Assembly: GCA_031414335.1 (NCBI GenBank)
Contig: JANNVI010000044.1
Span: 1,218 to 65,217, forward strand
Reading direction: 5' to 3'
DNA length: 64,000 nucleotides
DNA from: Gammaproteobacteria bacterium
GTDB lineage: Bacteria; Pseudomonadota; Gammaproteobacteria; Steroidobacterales; Steroidobacteraceae
Positions 1 through 12,377 of this stretch are shown here, piece by piece (the stretch's first letter is position 1; each line of letters opens with the position of its first letter). The position numbers were made by a program, and so were the translations under genes. The notes below the pieces were generated by a model that worked only from the letters and a program-made list of their open reading frames with translations, searched no databases and was not told the DNA's origin.

Positions 1-770
1 GTCAGCAACACCTGCGGCTCGGGCAATATTGCCACGCTGTCGCCATCCAGGAATCCTAACAAGCGTTCGCGATCGGCGACCGTCAGCCGGGTGTTGCTAT
101 CGACCAGGGCGCGGGCTTTCTCGAGCGCGGTGCTGTCACCGCCCTCCTGGAACTTGCGCCGCAACTGGCGATAGAGCGTGGCGTTCTTGCCGCCCAGACC
201 CTTGATGGCTTTTTCGACCTTGGTCTCGAAATCCGGTTCGCGTCCGTACAGGTGATTGAAGCGCCGCGCGATCTCGCGCGTGATCTCCACATGCGCTATC
301 TGGTCTTCGCCGACCGGCACACCGTAGGCGCGATACAACAGGATGTCGGCCGACTGCAGCAAGGGGTAACCGAGGAAGCCGTAGGTCGCGAGGTCTTTTT
401 CCTTGAGCGCTTCCTGCTGATCCTTGTAGCTCGGCACACGCTCGAGCCAGCCGAGCGGCGTGATCATGGACAGCAACAGGTGCAGTTCCGCGTGCTCCGG
501 CACGTGCGACTGGACGAACAGCGTTGCGACGCCCGGATCGATGCCCGCTGCCAGCCAGTCGATGACCATCTCATGCGTCTGCTCAGGCAGCGCACTGGTG
601 TCATCGTATCCCGTTGTCAGGGCGTGCCAGTCGGCAACGAAAAAGAAGCACTGGTACTGGTATTGCAGCTCCAGCCAGTTCTTCAGTGCGCCGTGATAAT
701 TGCCGAGGTGAAGTTGCCCGGTCGGACGCATGCCGGAAAGCACGCGTTTAGCTTGCGGTGTGGCGCTCAT
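1..770 (-). CDS. trpS: tryptophan--tRNA ligase (5' part only; 3' end lies beyond the window start)
   Basis: Reverse-strand reading from ATG at 768-770 gives MSATPQAKRVLSGMRPTGQLHLGNYHGALKNWLELQY..., the N-terminal HIGH-type region of TrpRS. The ORF runs off the left edge, so it is missing from the ORF track. The + ORF 252..788 is its antisense shadow. Confidence 0.85.
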   Translation of the reverse strand, partial: MSATPQAKRVLSGMRPTGQLHLGNYHGALKNWLELQYQYQCFFFVADWHALTTGYDDTSALPEQTHEMVIDWLAAGIDPGVATLFVQSHVPEHAELHLLLSMITPLGWLERVPSYKDQQEALKEKDLATYGFLGYPLLQSADILLYRAYGVPVGEDQIAHVEITREIARRFNHLYGREPDFETKVEKAIKGLGGKNATLYRQLRRKFQEGGDSTALEKARALVDSNTRLTVADRERLLGFLDGDSVAILPEPQVLL

Positions 771-815
771 GTTGTCGGGGAATTATAGCGAAGCGGCGGC
801 CTTGCCCCCGGATAA

Positions 816-1439
816 CTACAAGCCCAGTCGATCGAGCGGCCCTTTGCCGGCCCGCGTAATGACGGCTGGCGCAGCAATAAGATCGACAACGGTGGTTGGC
901 TCGATGCCGCAGTGGCCGCCGTCCAGGATGATATCGACCTGGTTCTCGAGGCGCCCCATCGCCTCCACGCCGTCGGTGACCGGCAGATGATCGCCCGGCA
1001 ACAGCAGCGTCGAGCTCATCAACGGTTCGCCCAGAGCCTCAAGCAGCATCTGCGGCACCGGATGATCCGGCACCCGGATACCGATGGTGCGGCGCTTTTC
1101 GTGCTGCAGGCGGCGCGGCGTCTCGCGAGTGGCTGGCAAGAGGAAGGTGTAAGGACCGGGCGTGCAGGATTTCAGGATGCGAAATTGCCAGGTATCGACC
1201 CGCGCGTACTTGGCGATTTCCGTGAGGTCGCGGCACACCAGCGTGAAGTGATGGTGGCGGTCGGTATGGCGTATGCGCCGGATGCGCTCCAACGCGTCCT
1301 TGTCGCCGATATGACAACCTAACGCATAACAACTGTCGGTCGGATAGACGATCAGGCCTCCGGCACGCACGGCTTCGGCCGCCTTCAGGACCAGGCGGCG
1401 CTCCGGATTCTTCGCGTGCAATAGATAATAGTCTGTCAA
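816..1439 (-). CDS. yciO: YrdC/Sua5-domain protein, YciO-like (threonylcarbamoyl-AMP synthase family)
   Basis: 207-aa ORF colinear with E. coli YciO (GGLIVYPTDSCYALGC, RRTIGIRVPDHPV, LLEALGEPLMSSTL, PTTVVDL). Confidence 0.8.
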   Translation of the reverse strand: MTDYYLLHAKNPERRLVLKAAEAVRAGGLIVYPTDSCYALGCHIGDKDALERIRRIRHTDRHHHFTLVCRDLTEIAKYARVDTWQFRILKSCTPGPYTFLLPATRETPRRLQHEKRRTIGIRVPDHPVPQMLLEALGEPLMSSTLLLPGDHLPVTDGVEAMGRLENQVDIILDGGHCGIEPTTVVDLIAAPAVITRAGKGPLDRLGL

Positions 1440-1496
1440 GGGATGGTCCCTGCGGCTGGTCGGCTATCATACCTGCTGCACTCGGAAAGCCTTGTC

Positions 1497-2057
1497 ATGC
1501 AAAGTCTGCTCACGCTCGCCCCACTCGCAATATTCCTGGTCGCCTACCAGGTGGCCGGTATTTATGCCGCCACCGGCGCACTGATGATTGCGATGCTCGC
1601 TGTGGTCGCGATCGACTGGCTGCGCACGCGCCATGTTCCGGCGGTGCACGGCTTCAGCCTGTTGTTAGTACTGATTTTCGGCGGCCTCACCCTGTGGCTG
1701 CGCGACGTGCATTTCATCCAGTGGAAGCCGACCATCCTGTTTGGAGCGTTAGGTCTGGCGCACCTGCTGTCGGAATTCATCGGCAGGCGCGTGCTGGCCG
1801 AGCGCCTGATGTCGGAAATGGTGCCGGAATTCAAGGCCATCGAGGCGCGCAACTGGCGCACCGCCAATCGGGCACTGGGCCTCTATTACTGGCTCATGGC
1901 AGGCGCCAACTGGTGGGTGGCAAACCATATGTCGGAAGCCGTCTGGGTCAGGTTCAAGACCATTGGCCTGACGCTGCTGATCATGCTGTTTTTTGTATGC
2001 CTGAGCTACTGGCTCATGCGCCGACCGGAGCTGCGCGATGAGCAACCCGCCGCCTGA
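1497..2057 (+). CDS. yciB: intracellular septation protein A (YciB/IspZ)
   Basis: Frame of ORF 1443..2057, with the start moved to ATG 1497 (MQSLLTLAPLAIFLVAYQVAGIYAAT...). Multi-pass membrane protein colinear with E. coli YciB (FGGLTLWL, IQWKPT). Confidence 0.85.
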   Translation: MQSLLTLAPLAIFLVAYQVAGIYAATGALMIAMLAVVAIDWLRTRHVPAVHGFSLLLVLIFGGLTLWLRDVHFIQWKPTILFGALGLAHLLSEFIGRRVLAERLMSEMVPEFKAIEARNWRTANRALGLYYWLMAGANWWVANHMSEAVWVRFKTIGLTLLIMLFFVCLSYWLMRRPELRDEQPAA

Positions 2058-2313
2058 TCTGGTTGCCAGGATTCGCGCGCTGCTGACCACCAGCCTGGCA
2101 CCGACCGAACTGACGGTGCTGGACGACAGTGCGGCCCACGCCGGCCACGCGGGCGCCCGGGAAGGCGGCCACTACCAGGTGCTGGTACGCAGCAGCCGGT
2201 TCAAGGGACTGCTGCCTCTGGCAAGGCACCGGCTGGTTTATGACGCATTGGCGCCCCTGATGGGCCCGGGCGGCATACATGCTCTTTCGATTGATGCCCG
2301 GCTGCCTTCATAA
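2038..2313 (+). CDS. BolA family protein
   Basis: 91-aa ORF with the BolA-like core (LTVLDDSAAHAGHAG...HYQVLVRSSRFKGL...RHRLVYDAL). Overlaps the yciB end by 20 nt. Confidence 0.75.
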   Translation: MSNPPPDLVARIRALLTTSLAPTELTVLDDSAAHAGHAGAREGGHYQVLVRSSRFKGLLPLARHRLVYDALAPLMGPGGIHALSIDARLPS

Positions 2314-2355
2314 TAGGGGTTTTGCCGACCGAACCCATTACCGAGAACTCACGAC

Positions 2356-3174
2356 ATGAAAACCCGTTTATTGCTCCCCCTCGCCGCGCTTGCCCTGGTG
2401 GCAGCCTGCAAACAGAAGCCCGCCGAGGCGCCCGCCGCCGCACCAGCAGCGCCCGTCGCCACGGTCAACGGCAAGGCGCTCAGCGCCGACATGCTGGAGA
2501 CTTACGTCAAGGCTGCAGCCGGCCGCAGTCTGTCTGAACTGGCGCCTGAGCAGCGTGCGGAAGCTGTCGATGCGCTGGTGCGCATGCAACTGCTGGCGGA
2601 CGAAGCCGACAAGCAGGGCGTAACCAAGGACAAGAACACGCTCGCGATGCTGGAGCTGTCGCGCCTGGAAGTGCTGCAGCGGACCGTGACCGCCAATTAC
2701 CTGAAGGGCAAAGAGCCGACTGAACAGGAAATGCGGGCGGAATACGATGCGCAGATGGCCGCTGCGCCACGCACCGAATTTCATGTGCGCCATATCCTGG
2801 TGCAGTCCGAAGAACTGGCGAACAAACTGGTTGCGCGCCTGCAGAAAGGCGAGAGTTTCGAGAAGCTGGCGGCCACGGAGTCCGCGGATGCGCAGTCCAA
2901 GCCCCGCGGCGGCGATCTTGGCTGGGTGTCGCCGGGCAGCGCGCTGCCGCCGCCTTTCATCCAGGCTTTGTTAGGCCTGAAGAAAGGCGCGTTCACGACG
3001 ACCCCGGTGCGCACCCAGTTCGGTTTTCATATTCTGAAAGTCGACGAAACCCGCGAAGCGACGCTGCCGACTTTTGACCAGGTCAAGGAACGCCTGGTGC
3101 AGATCGTGCTGAGCAAGAAGGTCAAGGCCTACACGGATGAATTGCTGAAGACCGCCAAGGTCGAACGCAAGTAA
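2356..3174 (+). CDS. peptidylprolyl isomerase, parvulin/PpiC type, lipoprotein
   Basis: Lipobox signal (LLLPLAALALVAAC) followed by a C-terminal rotamase domain (FHVRHILV, GGDLGWV, FGFHILKV). Confidence 0.8.
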   Translation: MKTRLLLPLAALALVAACKQKPAEAPAAAPAAPVATVNGKALSADMLETYVKAAAGRSLSELAPEQRAEAVDALVRMQLLADEADKQGVTKDKNTLAMLELSRLEVLQRTVTANYLKGKEPTEQEMRAEYDAQMAAAPRTEFHVRHILVQSEELANKLVARLQKGESFEKLAATESADAQSKPRGGDLGWVSPGSALPPPFIQALLGLKKGAFTTTPVRTQFGFHILKVDETREATLPTFDQVKERLVQIVLSKKVKAYTDELLKTAKVERK

Positions 3175-3177
3175 TCA

Positions 3178-6030
<2,853 letters not shown>

Positions 6031-6038
<8 letters not shown>

Positions 6039-6062
6039 GACTCAACTCGCTCATGACTCAAC
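6031..6062. repeat. perfect 16-bp tandem duplication (tcgctcatgactcaac x2) spanning the zipA start and the smc stop
   Basis: 6031-6046 and 6047-6062 are identical. Copy 1 carries the zipA ATG (6036-6038, minus strand). Copy 2 carries the smc TGA (6058-6060) and a second, out-of-frame ATG (6052-6054). Confidence 0.9.
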
Positions 6063-9000
6063 TGGCCGCCATCCGCAGTGCTTCGTCGATGTCGACCGAA
6101 ACCAGGCGCGAAACACCAGGTTCGCTCATCGTCACGCCTATCAACTGGGACGCCAGCTCCATGGTGGCCTTGTTGTGGGTAATGAAGATGAACTGCACGC
6201 GTTGCGCCATTTCGCGCACGATTTCGCAGAAGCGGCCGACGTTGTGTTCATCGAGCGGGGCGTCGACCTCATCAAGCAGGCAGAACGGCGCGGGATTCAA
6301 TTCGAAAATCGCAAACACCAGCGCGACCGCGGTCAGCGCCTTTTCGCCGCCCGACAATTGCGAGATCGTGACATTGCGCTTGCCGGGCGGTCTGGCCATG
6401 ACGGCGACGCCGGCGTTCAACGGGTCGTCGCCGACCAGCTCAAGATAGGCATGTCCGCCACCAAACAGGCGTGGAAATTTTTCCTTGAGGCCGGTGTTGA
6501 TGCGCTCGAAGGTCTCTTCGAACCGCACCCGAGTTTCCTTGTCGATCCGGCGCATCGCCTGCTCGAGCGTATCGAGCGCCGAGGTCAGATCCGCGTATTG
6601 GCTGTCGAGGTACTCCTTGCGCTGCGTGTTGTCACGCAGTTCATCGATGGCGGCAAGGTTGACCTGACCCAGCTTTTCAATGTCCTGGCGGCGATCCGCC
6701 AGTGCCTTGTCCCAGTCGATGGTGTTAGCTGATTCCGCAAGACCCGCGAGCACCTCCGCCAGCGTGAAATTAGTCGCCGCAAACTGCTCGGCGATTGACT
6801 CGCGCCGGACCCGGGTCTCCTGCGCGGTCATCCGCGCGGTCTCCAGACCGATGCGCGCATCCCCTACACGCTGCTCGCCGCTCAGGCGCTGCTCGTCCAG
6901 CCGCCGCATTTCGGCGTCCGCTTCTTCCTGGGCGCGCCGCGCCGCCGCGAACTCCGCTTCGACGTCGAGCCGCTGAGCTAACAATCCCTGCAATGCGCCT
7001 TCCAGGTCGACGATCGGCGCATCGCCGCCGGCCAGCTCTGATTCGAGCCCAAGGACGCGCACATCGAGCTGCTGGCGCTGCTCCGCCATGCGGCCGAGCC
7101 CGAGACCCAATGAGGTTTCAGCTGAGCGGCGCCCTTCGCTGCGGATCATCAGATCGCGCAGCACCAGCTGCGTCTGCTCGGCGCTGGCGCGGCAGCGCTG
7201 CAGATCGTCCCGGCGGGTCTCGCGTTCGGCGATCAACTCGGGCTGGCGCCGGTCGAGCTCACCGAGGGCCGCCAAGCCGCTTTCGAGCTCACCATGTGCG
7301 CGCGTCAGGGCCGCCTGGGTTTCATCACGCTCGCGCAGGACCTCGGCGCTTTCGTTTTCCAGCCGCTGCCGGCGATGCACAGTCTCCTGCGACCGTGCGC
7401 GCGATGCTTCCAGTTGTCCGAGCAGCTCGCTGTGCTCGCGATGCGAGCTCTGAATCTGTTCCTGCGTGGCGTCGCGCTGCCGTTCCGCCGCCAGAAGCGT
7501 TTGCCGCACATCGACCAGCGTCTGCTCGATAACGGCAACCTGGCCGTCACAGTCATGGCACTGCGCGCGCAGATCCTTGAGCCGATGTTCACGCTCGAGC
7601 ACGCCTTCATGGCCGCCGGCGCCGCGATTGACACGCAGCCAGTTGCGCCCCAGCCACTCACCACGCGCCGTAACCAGCGACTCGTCTGCGGCCAGCCGAC
7701 TGCGTTGCGCCAGGGCCTCCGCCAGCGAGCCGGCGGTGCGTACACGGCCTAACAAATCAAGCACCGCCGCAGGTCCACGGGCACGTTCGGCGAGACTGCC
7801 GGCCTTCGCGCCAGCGCCACCACCGGAGGTGTCCAGCAGCGCGAGGCGGCCGTCGCCCAGGCCCGCCAGGGCTTCCTGCAGGCTGTCGAAACCATCGACG
7901 CACACGGCTTCCAGGTAATCGCCCAGCACGGTCTCCACCGCGCGCTCCCAGCCGGCGTCGACGCTGAGGTTCTCGGCGAGTCGCGCCTTCTTCGCCAGGC
8001 CGTGGGTCGCCAGCCAGCCGGCGGCATTGCCCTCGGCACGGCGCAGCGCCGCCTGCTGCAAAGCCTCGACCGACAGCATTTCGGCGCGCGCCTTTTCGCG
8101 GCGCAGACGCGCCGACTCAAGCTCGGTTTCCAGCCGCAGTTGCCTGGCGCGCGTCGACTGGACGTCGCCTAACGCCGCGGTGAGCGTGGTGGTCAGGCCT
8201 TCGCTGGCACGACGCGCTTCGGACTCGCGCGATGCCAGGTCACCTAACAATGCATTGGCTTCCTGGGTTGCGAGCGCGTCACGCTCGAGCGACAGCCGGT
8301 CGGCCTGCGCCTGCAGGCGCCGGATCTGATTCTCCAGTTGCTCGATGCGGGCGCGCTCGACCTGCACCGTCTGCCGTGCTCCACCGAGCTCGGCGTTAAA
8401 CTCCTCCCAGGAGTGCTGCGCCTGTTGCAGGCCCGCCTCGGCAGCTAACAATGCAGTGCGCGCCGCCTGGTCGGCCGCACCCGACTGCGCCAGGCCGGGC
8501 GCCAGCGTCTCGAGTTCGTTGCGGATGGTGACCAGGTCGGATTCGTCGCGCGCGACGTGACTGGCCAGTTCGCCGATCGAGGTGCGCAGCTGCGCCAGTT
8601 CCGCGCGCTGGCGTTCGCGCATCTCGCGGGTGTGCTGAATCTGCTGCTCGTGGCGCGATACTTCGGCGCCCAGGGAGTAATAACGGCCCTGCACCTGGCT
8701 GACGCGTTCGCTGGTTTCGACCTGAAACTGCCGCTGGGTTTCCAGCGCCGCTTCGCTGGCGCGCAATTCGGCCAGTGCCGCCTGCAGCGCGATATCGCAC
8801 TCACGCACCGCTGAATCCTGCACTTCGCTGCCACTGTCGAGTTCGCGCAGCCGCAGAGCTAACAATTCCGCATGCAGCTTGCGTTCTTCATCCTTGAGAG
8901 TCTGGTAGCGGCGTGCGGTGGCCGCCTGGCGCTGCAGATGACGGATCTGCTTGTCGACCTCGTCACGCACGTCCTGCAGGCGTTCCAGGTTTTCGCGCGT

Positions 9001-9558
9001 ATCGCGAATCCGGGCTTCGGTTTCGCGGCGGCGTTCCTTGTAGCGGGAAATCCCCGCCGCCTCTTCGACGAACGCGCGCATGTCTTCGGTCTTGGCCTCG
9101 ATGACGCGCGAGATCATGCCCTGCTCAATGATCGCGTAGCTGCGTGAACCCAGTCCGGTGCCGAGGAACAACTGGGTAATGTCTTTGCGGCGGCAGCGCG
9201 CGCCGTTGATGAAATAATTCGAACTGCCGTCGCGCGCCACCTGGCGGCGCAGCGACACTTCGCTATAGGCCGCGTACGGCCCGCTGATCTTGCCGTCCGC
9301 GTTATCGAACACCAGTTCGACCGATGCAGTGCCTACCGGCTTGCGCGCGTTCGAGCCGTTGAAGATTACGTCCGCCATGCTGTCGCCGCGCAGGTGCTTG
9401 GCCGACAGCTCGCCCATGACCCAGCGCACCGCGTCGATGACATTGGATTTGCCGCAGCCATTGGGACCTACCACGCCGGTCAGATTGCTCGGAAACGCAA
9501 TGGCGGTGGGATCCACGAAGGATTTGAAACCAGAAAGTTTGATACGAACCAGCCGCAT
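6058..9558 (-). CDS. smc: chromosome segregation protein SMC
   Basis: Start moved to MRLVRIKLSGFKSF (ATG 9556-9558). Walker A GPNGCGKSN, long coiled coils, C-terminal LSGGEK signature and LLDEVDAPLD Walker B. Confidence 0.95.
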   Translation of the reverse strand: MRLVRIKLSGFKSFVDPTAIAFPSNLTGVVGPNGCGKSNVIDAVRWVMGELSAKHLRGDSMADVIFNGSNARKPVGTASVELVFDNADGKISGPYAAYSEVSLRRQVARDGSSNYFINGARCRRKDITQLFLGTGLGSRSYAIIEQGMISRVIEAKTEDMRAFVEEAAGISRYKERRRETEARIRDTRENLERLQDVRDEVDKQIRHLQRQAATARRYQTLKDEERKLHAELLALRLRELDSGSEVQDSAVRECDIALQAALAELRASEAALETQRQFQVETSERVSQVQGRYYSLGAEVSRHEQQIQHTREMRERQRAELAQLRTSIGELASHVARDESDLVTIRNELETLAPGLAQSGAADQAARTALLAAEAGLQQAQHSWEEFNAELGGARQTVQVERARIEQLENQIRRLQAQADRLSLERDALATQEANALLGDLASRESEARRASEGLTTTLTAALGDVQSTRARQLRLETELESARLRREKARAEMLSVEALQQAALRRAEGNAAGWLATHGLAKKARLAENLSVDAGWERAVETVLGDYLEAVCVDGFDSLQEALAGLGDGRLALLDTSGGGAGAKAGSLAERARGPAAVLDLLGRVRTAGSLAEALAQRSRLAADESLVTARGEWLGRNWLRVNRGAGGHEGVLEREHRLKDLRAQCHDCDGQVAVIEQTLVDVRQTLLAAERQRDATQEQIQSSHREHSELLGQLEASRARSQETVHRRQRLENESAEVLRERDETQAALTRAHGELESGLAALGELDRRQPELIAERETRRDDLQRCRASAEQTQLVLRDLMIRSEGRRSAETSLGLGLGRMAEQRQQLDVRVLGLESELAGGDAPIVDLEGALQGLLAQRLDVEAEFAAARRAQEEADAEMRRLDEQRLSGEQRVGDARIGLETARMTAQETRVRRESIAEQFAATNFTLAEVLAGLAESANTIDWDKALADRRQDIEKLGQVNLAAIDELRDNTQRKEYLDSQYADLTSALDTLEQAMRRIDKETRVRFEETFERINTGLKEKFPRLFGGGHAYLELVGDDPLNAGVAVMARPPGKRNVTISQLSGGEKALTAVALVFAIFELNPAPFCLLDEVDAPLDEHNVGRFCEIVREMAQRVQFIFITHNKATMELASQLIGVTMSEPGVSRLVSVDIDEALRMAAS

Positions 9559-9618
9559 GCGCCTATTTCCCCTGCTCCAGCCGGCAATCAGATGTCGATA
9601 GTGTAAATTATTCGCACC

Positions 9619-10002
9619 ATGAGTACGCAACCACTGCACATGATCGAAACTTTCCCGAATCCACATCCGGAACGCGATTACGACATCCGCATGCGGATGC
9701 CGGAGTTCACCTGCCTGTGCCCGAAGACCGGCCAGCCCGATTTTGCCACTCTGAAACTGGTTTATGTGCCGGACCAGCGCTGCGTGGAACTGAAGTCCCT
9801 GAAGCTGTACCTGTGGTCAATGAGGGATCGCGGCGCTTTCCATGAAGCGATCACCAACGAAATTGCCGGGCAGTTGATCAAGGTCCTGGAGCCACGTTTC
9901 CTGGAACTCAAGGCGCGATTTAACGTTCGTGGTGGCATCTACACGACAATTGTCGTCACGCATCGAAAAGACGGCTGGACGCGGCAAGAGTGGCCGGTAT
10001 AA
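9619..10002 (+). CDS. queF: NADPH-dependent 7-cyano-7-deazaguanine reductase (preQ0 reductase), short type
   Basis: 127 aa with the QueF catalytic-Cys region [14 protein letters not shown] and the ...E(A/S)ITNE... motif. Confidence 0.9.
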   Translation: MSTQPLHMIETFPNPHPERDYDIRMRMPEFTCLCPKTGQPDFATLKLVYVPDQRCVELKSLKLYLWSMRDRGAFHEAITNEIAGQLIKVLEPRFLELKARFNVRGGIYTTIVVTHRKDGWTRQEWPV

Positions 10003-10003
10003 T
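9976..10003 (+). promoter_or_regulatory. candidate sigma70 promoter for dksA
   Basis: Perfect -10 TATAAT at 9998-10003 (overlapping the queF TAA), a 16-nt spacer, and a -35-like TGGACG at 9976-9981. Lies about 45 nt upstream of the dksA ATG. Confidence 0.35.
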
Positions 10004-10045
10004 CCCGCGTCCTTTTTTCCGGGCCTCCGTTTAACAGGGGGTAAA

Positions 10046-10906
10046 ATGCCCACGAAGAAGCCAGCTGCAAAACCCGCCAGATCCACCAAGGCCAGCGCCC
10101 CTGCGCGCAAGGTCGCTCCCAAGGCGCACGCAAAACCCGCCCCCAAAGCCAGCGCCAAGGCGTTGCCAACCAAGGGCGGCACGCGCAAGCCTGTCGTTCA
10201 CGAACCGAAACACGTGCCTAAACCTGTCACTAAATCCGTAGCCAAGCCGACAGCCAAGAGCGCGCCCGCTGTAAAAGCGGCGCCGAAATCGCCGCCAAAA
10301 CCAGCGCCAGTTCCGCAGCCAGCGGTGGTCGTGGCGGCCGTACCCGCCAGGAAGCCGCCACCCAGAACGCCAGCGGCTCGTGAGGCAGTGGCAGTAGCCA
10401 TGCCGGCGCGGGCCACGCGTCCGATCCATGACGCGGCTGATGGCGAGGACACCGACGGCGACAACAATCTGCTGGCTGGCCCGCGTAATGTCACACCGTA
10501 CATTGCGCAGCGCGGCGAGCAGTACATGAGCAAGGAGCAGCTCGGGCACTTTCGCGAGATCCTGGGCGCCTGGAAAACAGACTTGATGCGCGAAGTCGAT
10601 CGCACCGTAACGCACATGAAGGACGAGGCGGCCAATTTCCCGGACCCCAACGATCGCGCGACCCAGGAAGAAGAGTTCAGCCTGGAGCTGCGCACCCGCG
10701 ATCGCGAACGCAAGCTGATTCGCAAAATCGATGAAGCGCTGCAACGCATCGAGGACGGCAGCTACGGTTACTGCCTCGAGACCGGTGAAGAAATCGGCAT
10801 CAAGCGCCTGGAGGCTCGACCGGTAGCAACGCTGTCGCTCGAAGCGCAGGAACGGCGCGAACGGCGCGAGAAGCAATACGGCGACCGCGACGACCGCTAC
10901 CGCTAG
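10046..10906 (+). CDS. dksA: RNA polymerase-binding regulator DksA with a long Lys/Ala/Pro-rich N-terminal extension; the Cys4 zinc finger is not conserved
   Basis: Frame of ORF 9929..10906, with ATG 10046 preceded by ggggg. The C-terminal ~150 aa is a DksA coiled coil (DPNDRATQEEEFSLELRTRDRERKLIRKIDEALQRI) followed by YGYCLETGEEIGIKRLEARPVATLSLEAQ. Confidence 0.85.
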   Translation: MPTKKPAAKPARSTKASAPARKVAPKAHAKPAPKASAKALPTKGGTRKPVVHEPKHVPKPVTKSVAKPTAKSAPAVKAAPKSPPKPAPVPQPAVVVAAVPARKPPPRTPAAREAVAVAMPARATRPIHDAADGEDTDGDNNLLAGPRNVTPYIAQRGEQYMSKEQLGHFREILGAWKTDLMREVDRTVTHMKDEAANFPDPNDRATQEEEFSLELRTRDRERKLIRKIDEALQRIEDGSYGYCLETGEEIGIKRLEARPVATLSLEAQERRERREKQYGDRDDRYR

Positions 10907-10929
10907 TAACGGCAGTACTTCCGTTCCCT

Positions 10930-11810
10930 ATGTCGGCCGCTTTGCGCCGACTCCCAGCGGTCCACTGCACCTGGGCTCGCTGGTCGCCGCACTCGCCAGC
11001 TATCTCGATGCGCGCGCCGCAGGCGGCCGCTGGCTGCTGCGAATCGATGACCTCGACCAGCCGCGGGTGCGACCCGGCTGCGATGCACTGATCATCCGCC
11101 AGCTAACGAACCTCGGACTGGCGTGGGATGGCGAAATCCGGTATCAGTCCCCTCATCTGCCCGAGTATCAGCAGGCCCTGGGTCAGCTGCAGAAGCACTG
11201 CGTGGTTTTCGCCTGCGATTGCTCGCGCCGCACGCTGCGCGCCGCCGCCGCTGCCGACCCCGCGGATGACGCCGAGCAAGCTTGCGTGGGTCGCTGTCGT
11301 GAACGGCGGGTGACGCAGCCTGCGGCGCTGCGCCTCGACCTCAGAGACTTCCATTCGGATTGGGTCGACCGCTGGCAGGGCCCTATCGCGGCCGGCCTGA
11401 GCGATTGCATTGTCCAACGGCGGGACGGCCTCTTCGCCTATCACCTCACCGTCGTGGTGGATGATCTGGCGAGCGGGATCAGCGACGTGGTTCGCGGCGC
11501 GGACCTGCTGGGCAGCACGGGCGCCCAGCGAGGCATTCACCAGGGATTGGGCGCCCGGATGCCGCGCTATGCGCACACGCCCGTGATAACCGAGGCGGAC
11601 GGCTGCAAACTCGCCAAGACCCGGCGCAGCCTGGCGGTGGGCGAGCCTTTGCTGGCCCGGCGCGAGCTGGTTGCCGCGCTCAGGCTGCTGCAGCAGGATG
11701 CGCCGGTCGACTTGGAACGATTCCAGACAAGTACTATTCTTGAGCATGCCATCTGTCACTGGTCCCCGGCGAAATTTGCCGGCATCCGCTCGGTCGCCGC
11801 AGCACGCTAA
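10930..11810 (+). CDS. gluQ: glutamyl-Q tRNA(Asp) synthetase, with an apparent 1-nt frameshift directly after the start codon
   Basis: The conserved N-terminus YVGRFAPTPSGPLHLGSLVAALASYLDARA... is read from 10929 in the frame of ORF 11067..11810, but that frame has no ATG/GTG/TTG upstream of 11067. ATG 10930 is one base out of frame. Confidence 0.7.
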
Positions 11811-11854
11811 CAAATCTGCTTGGGGTTTTGCCCCGGCTGTACTATCGTAGCGCC

Positions 11855-12328
11855 ATGGCTGAGCCGCGGGTGATCAAGAAATACCCGAATCGACGGTTGT
11901 ATGACACCGCCGAGAGCCGCTATATCACGCTCGCCGATATCCGCAAACTGGTGGTCGACCGCGTCGAATTCGTGGTGCTGGACAAGACCACGCAGGATGA
12001 CATAACGCGCAGCATCCTCCTGCAGGTGATCTCGGAACAGGAACATGCGTCGGAACCGGTGATGAGCCGCGACTTTCTGTCGCAGATTATTCGTTCCTAT
12101 GGCGGCAACATGCAGAGCGTCGTCGGCAGCTACCTGGAACAGAGCCTGAAGCTGTTCGATGCGCAGCAGCGCGAGATCCGCGACAAGGTGCGTGGCGTCG
12201 TTGGCGTCGATCCGGTTGACGCGGTCACGCAGATCGCACAGAAGAATTACCAGCGCTGGCGCGCGGTTCAGGACGATATCTTCCGCACGCTGTTAGGCGG
12301 CGGCAAGGACAAGGATCACGACAAGTAG
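11855..12328 (+). CDS. phaR: polyhydroxyalkanoate synthesis repressor PhaR
   Basis: Start at ATG 11855 (MAEPRVIKKYPNRRLYDTAESRYITLADIRKLV...), the PhaR N-terminal DNA-binding signature. Confidence 0.85.
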   Translation: MAEPRVIKKYPNRRLYDTAESRYITLADIRKLVVDRVEFVVLDKTTQDDITRSILLQVISEQEHASEPVMSRDFLSQIIRSYGGNMQSVVGSYLEQSLKLFDAQQREIRDKVRGVVGVDPVDAVTQIAQKNYQRWRAVQDDIFRTLLGGGKDKDHDK

Positions 12329-12329
12329 A

Positions 12330-12367
12330 GCGCGGATCCATGGGCCTCAAGGCTCATGAACCCGCGC
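12330..12367. other. stem-loop between convergent phaR and pnp (possible bidirectional terminator)
   Basis: Outer stem gcgcgg/ccgcgc (12330-12335 with 12362-12367). Inner 8-bp stem 12339-12346 with 12351-12358 around loop tcaa. No clear U-tract. Confidence 0.3.
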
Positions 12368-12377
12368 ACCAGTCCTG

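Noticed and set aside
9559-9666. 36-codon N-terminal extension of the smc ORF ([12 protein letters not shown]...).
   Set aside because: The conserved SMC N-terminus begins at MRLVRIKLSGFKSF (ATG 9556-9558). The extension would run into the divergent queF promoter region.
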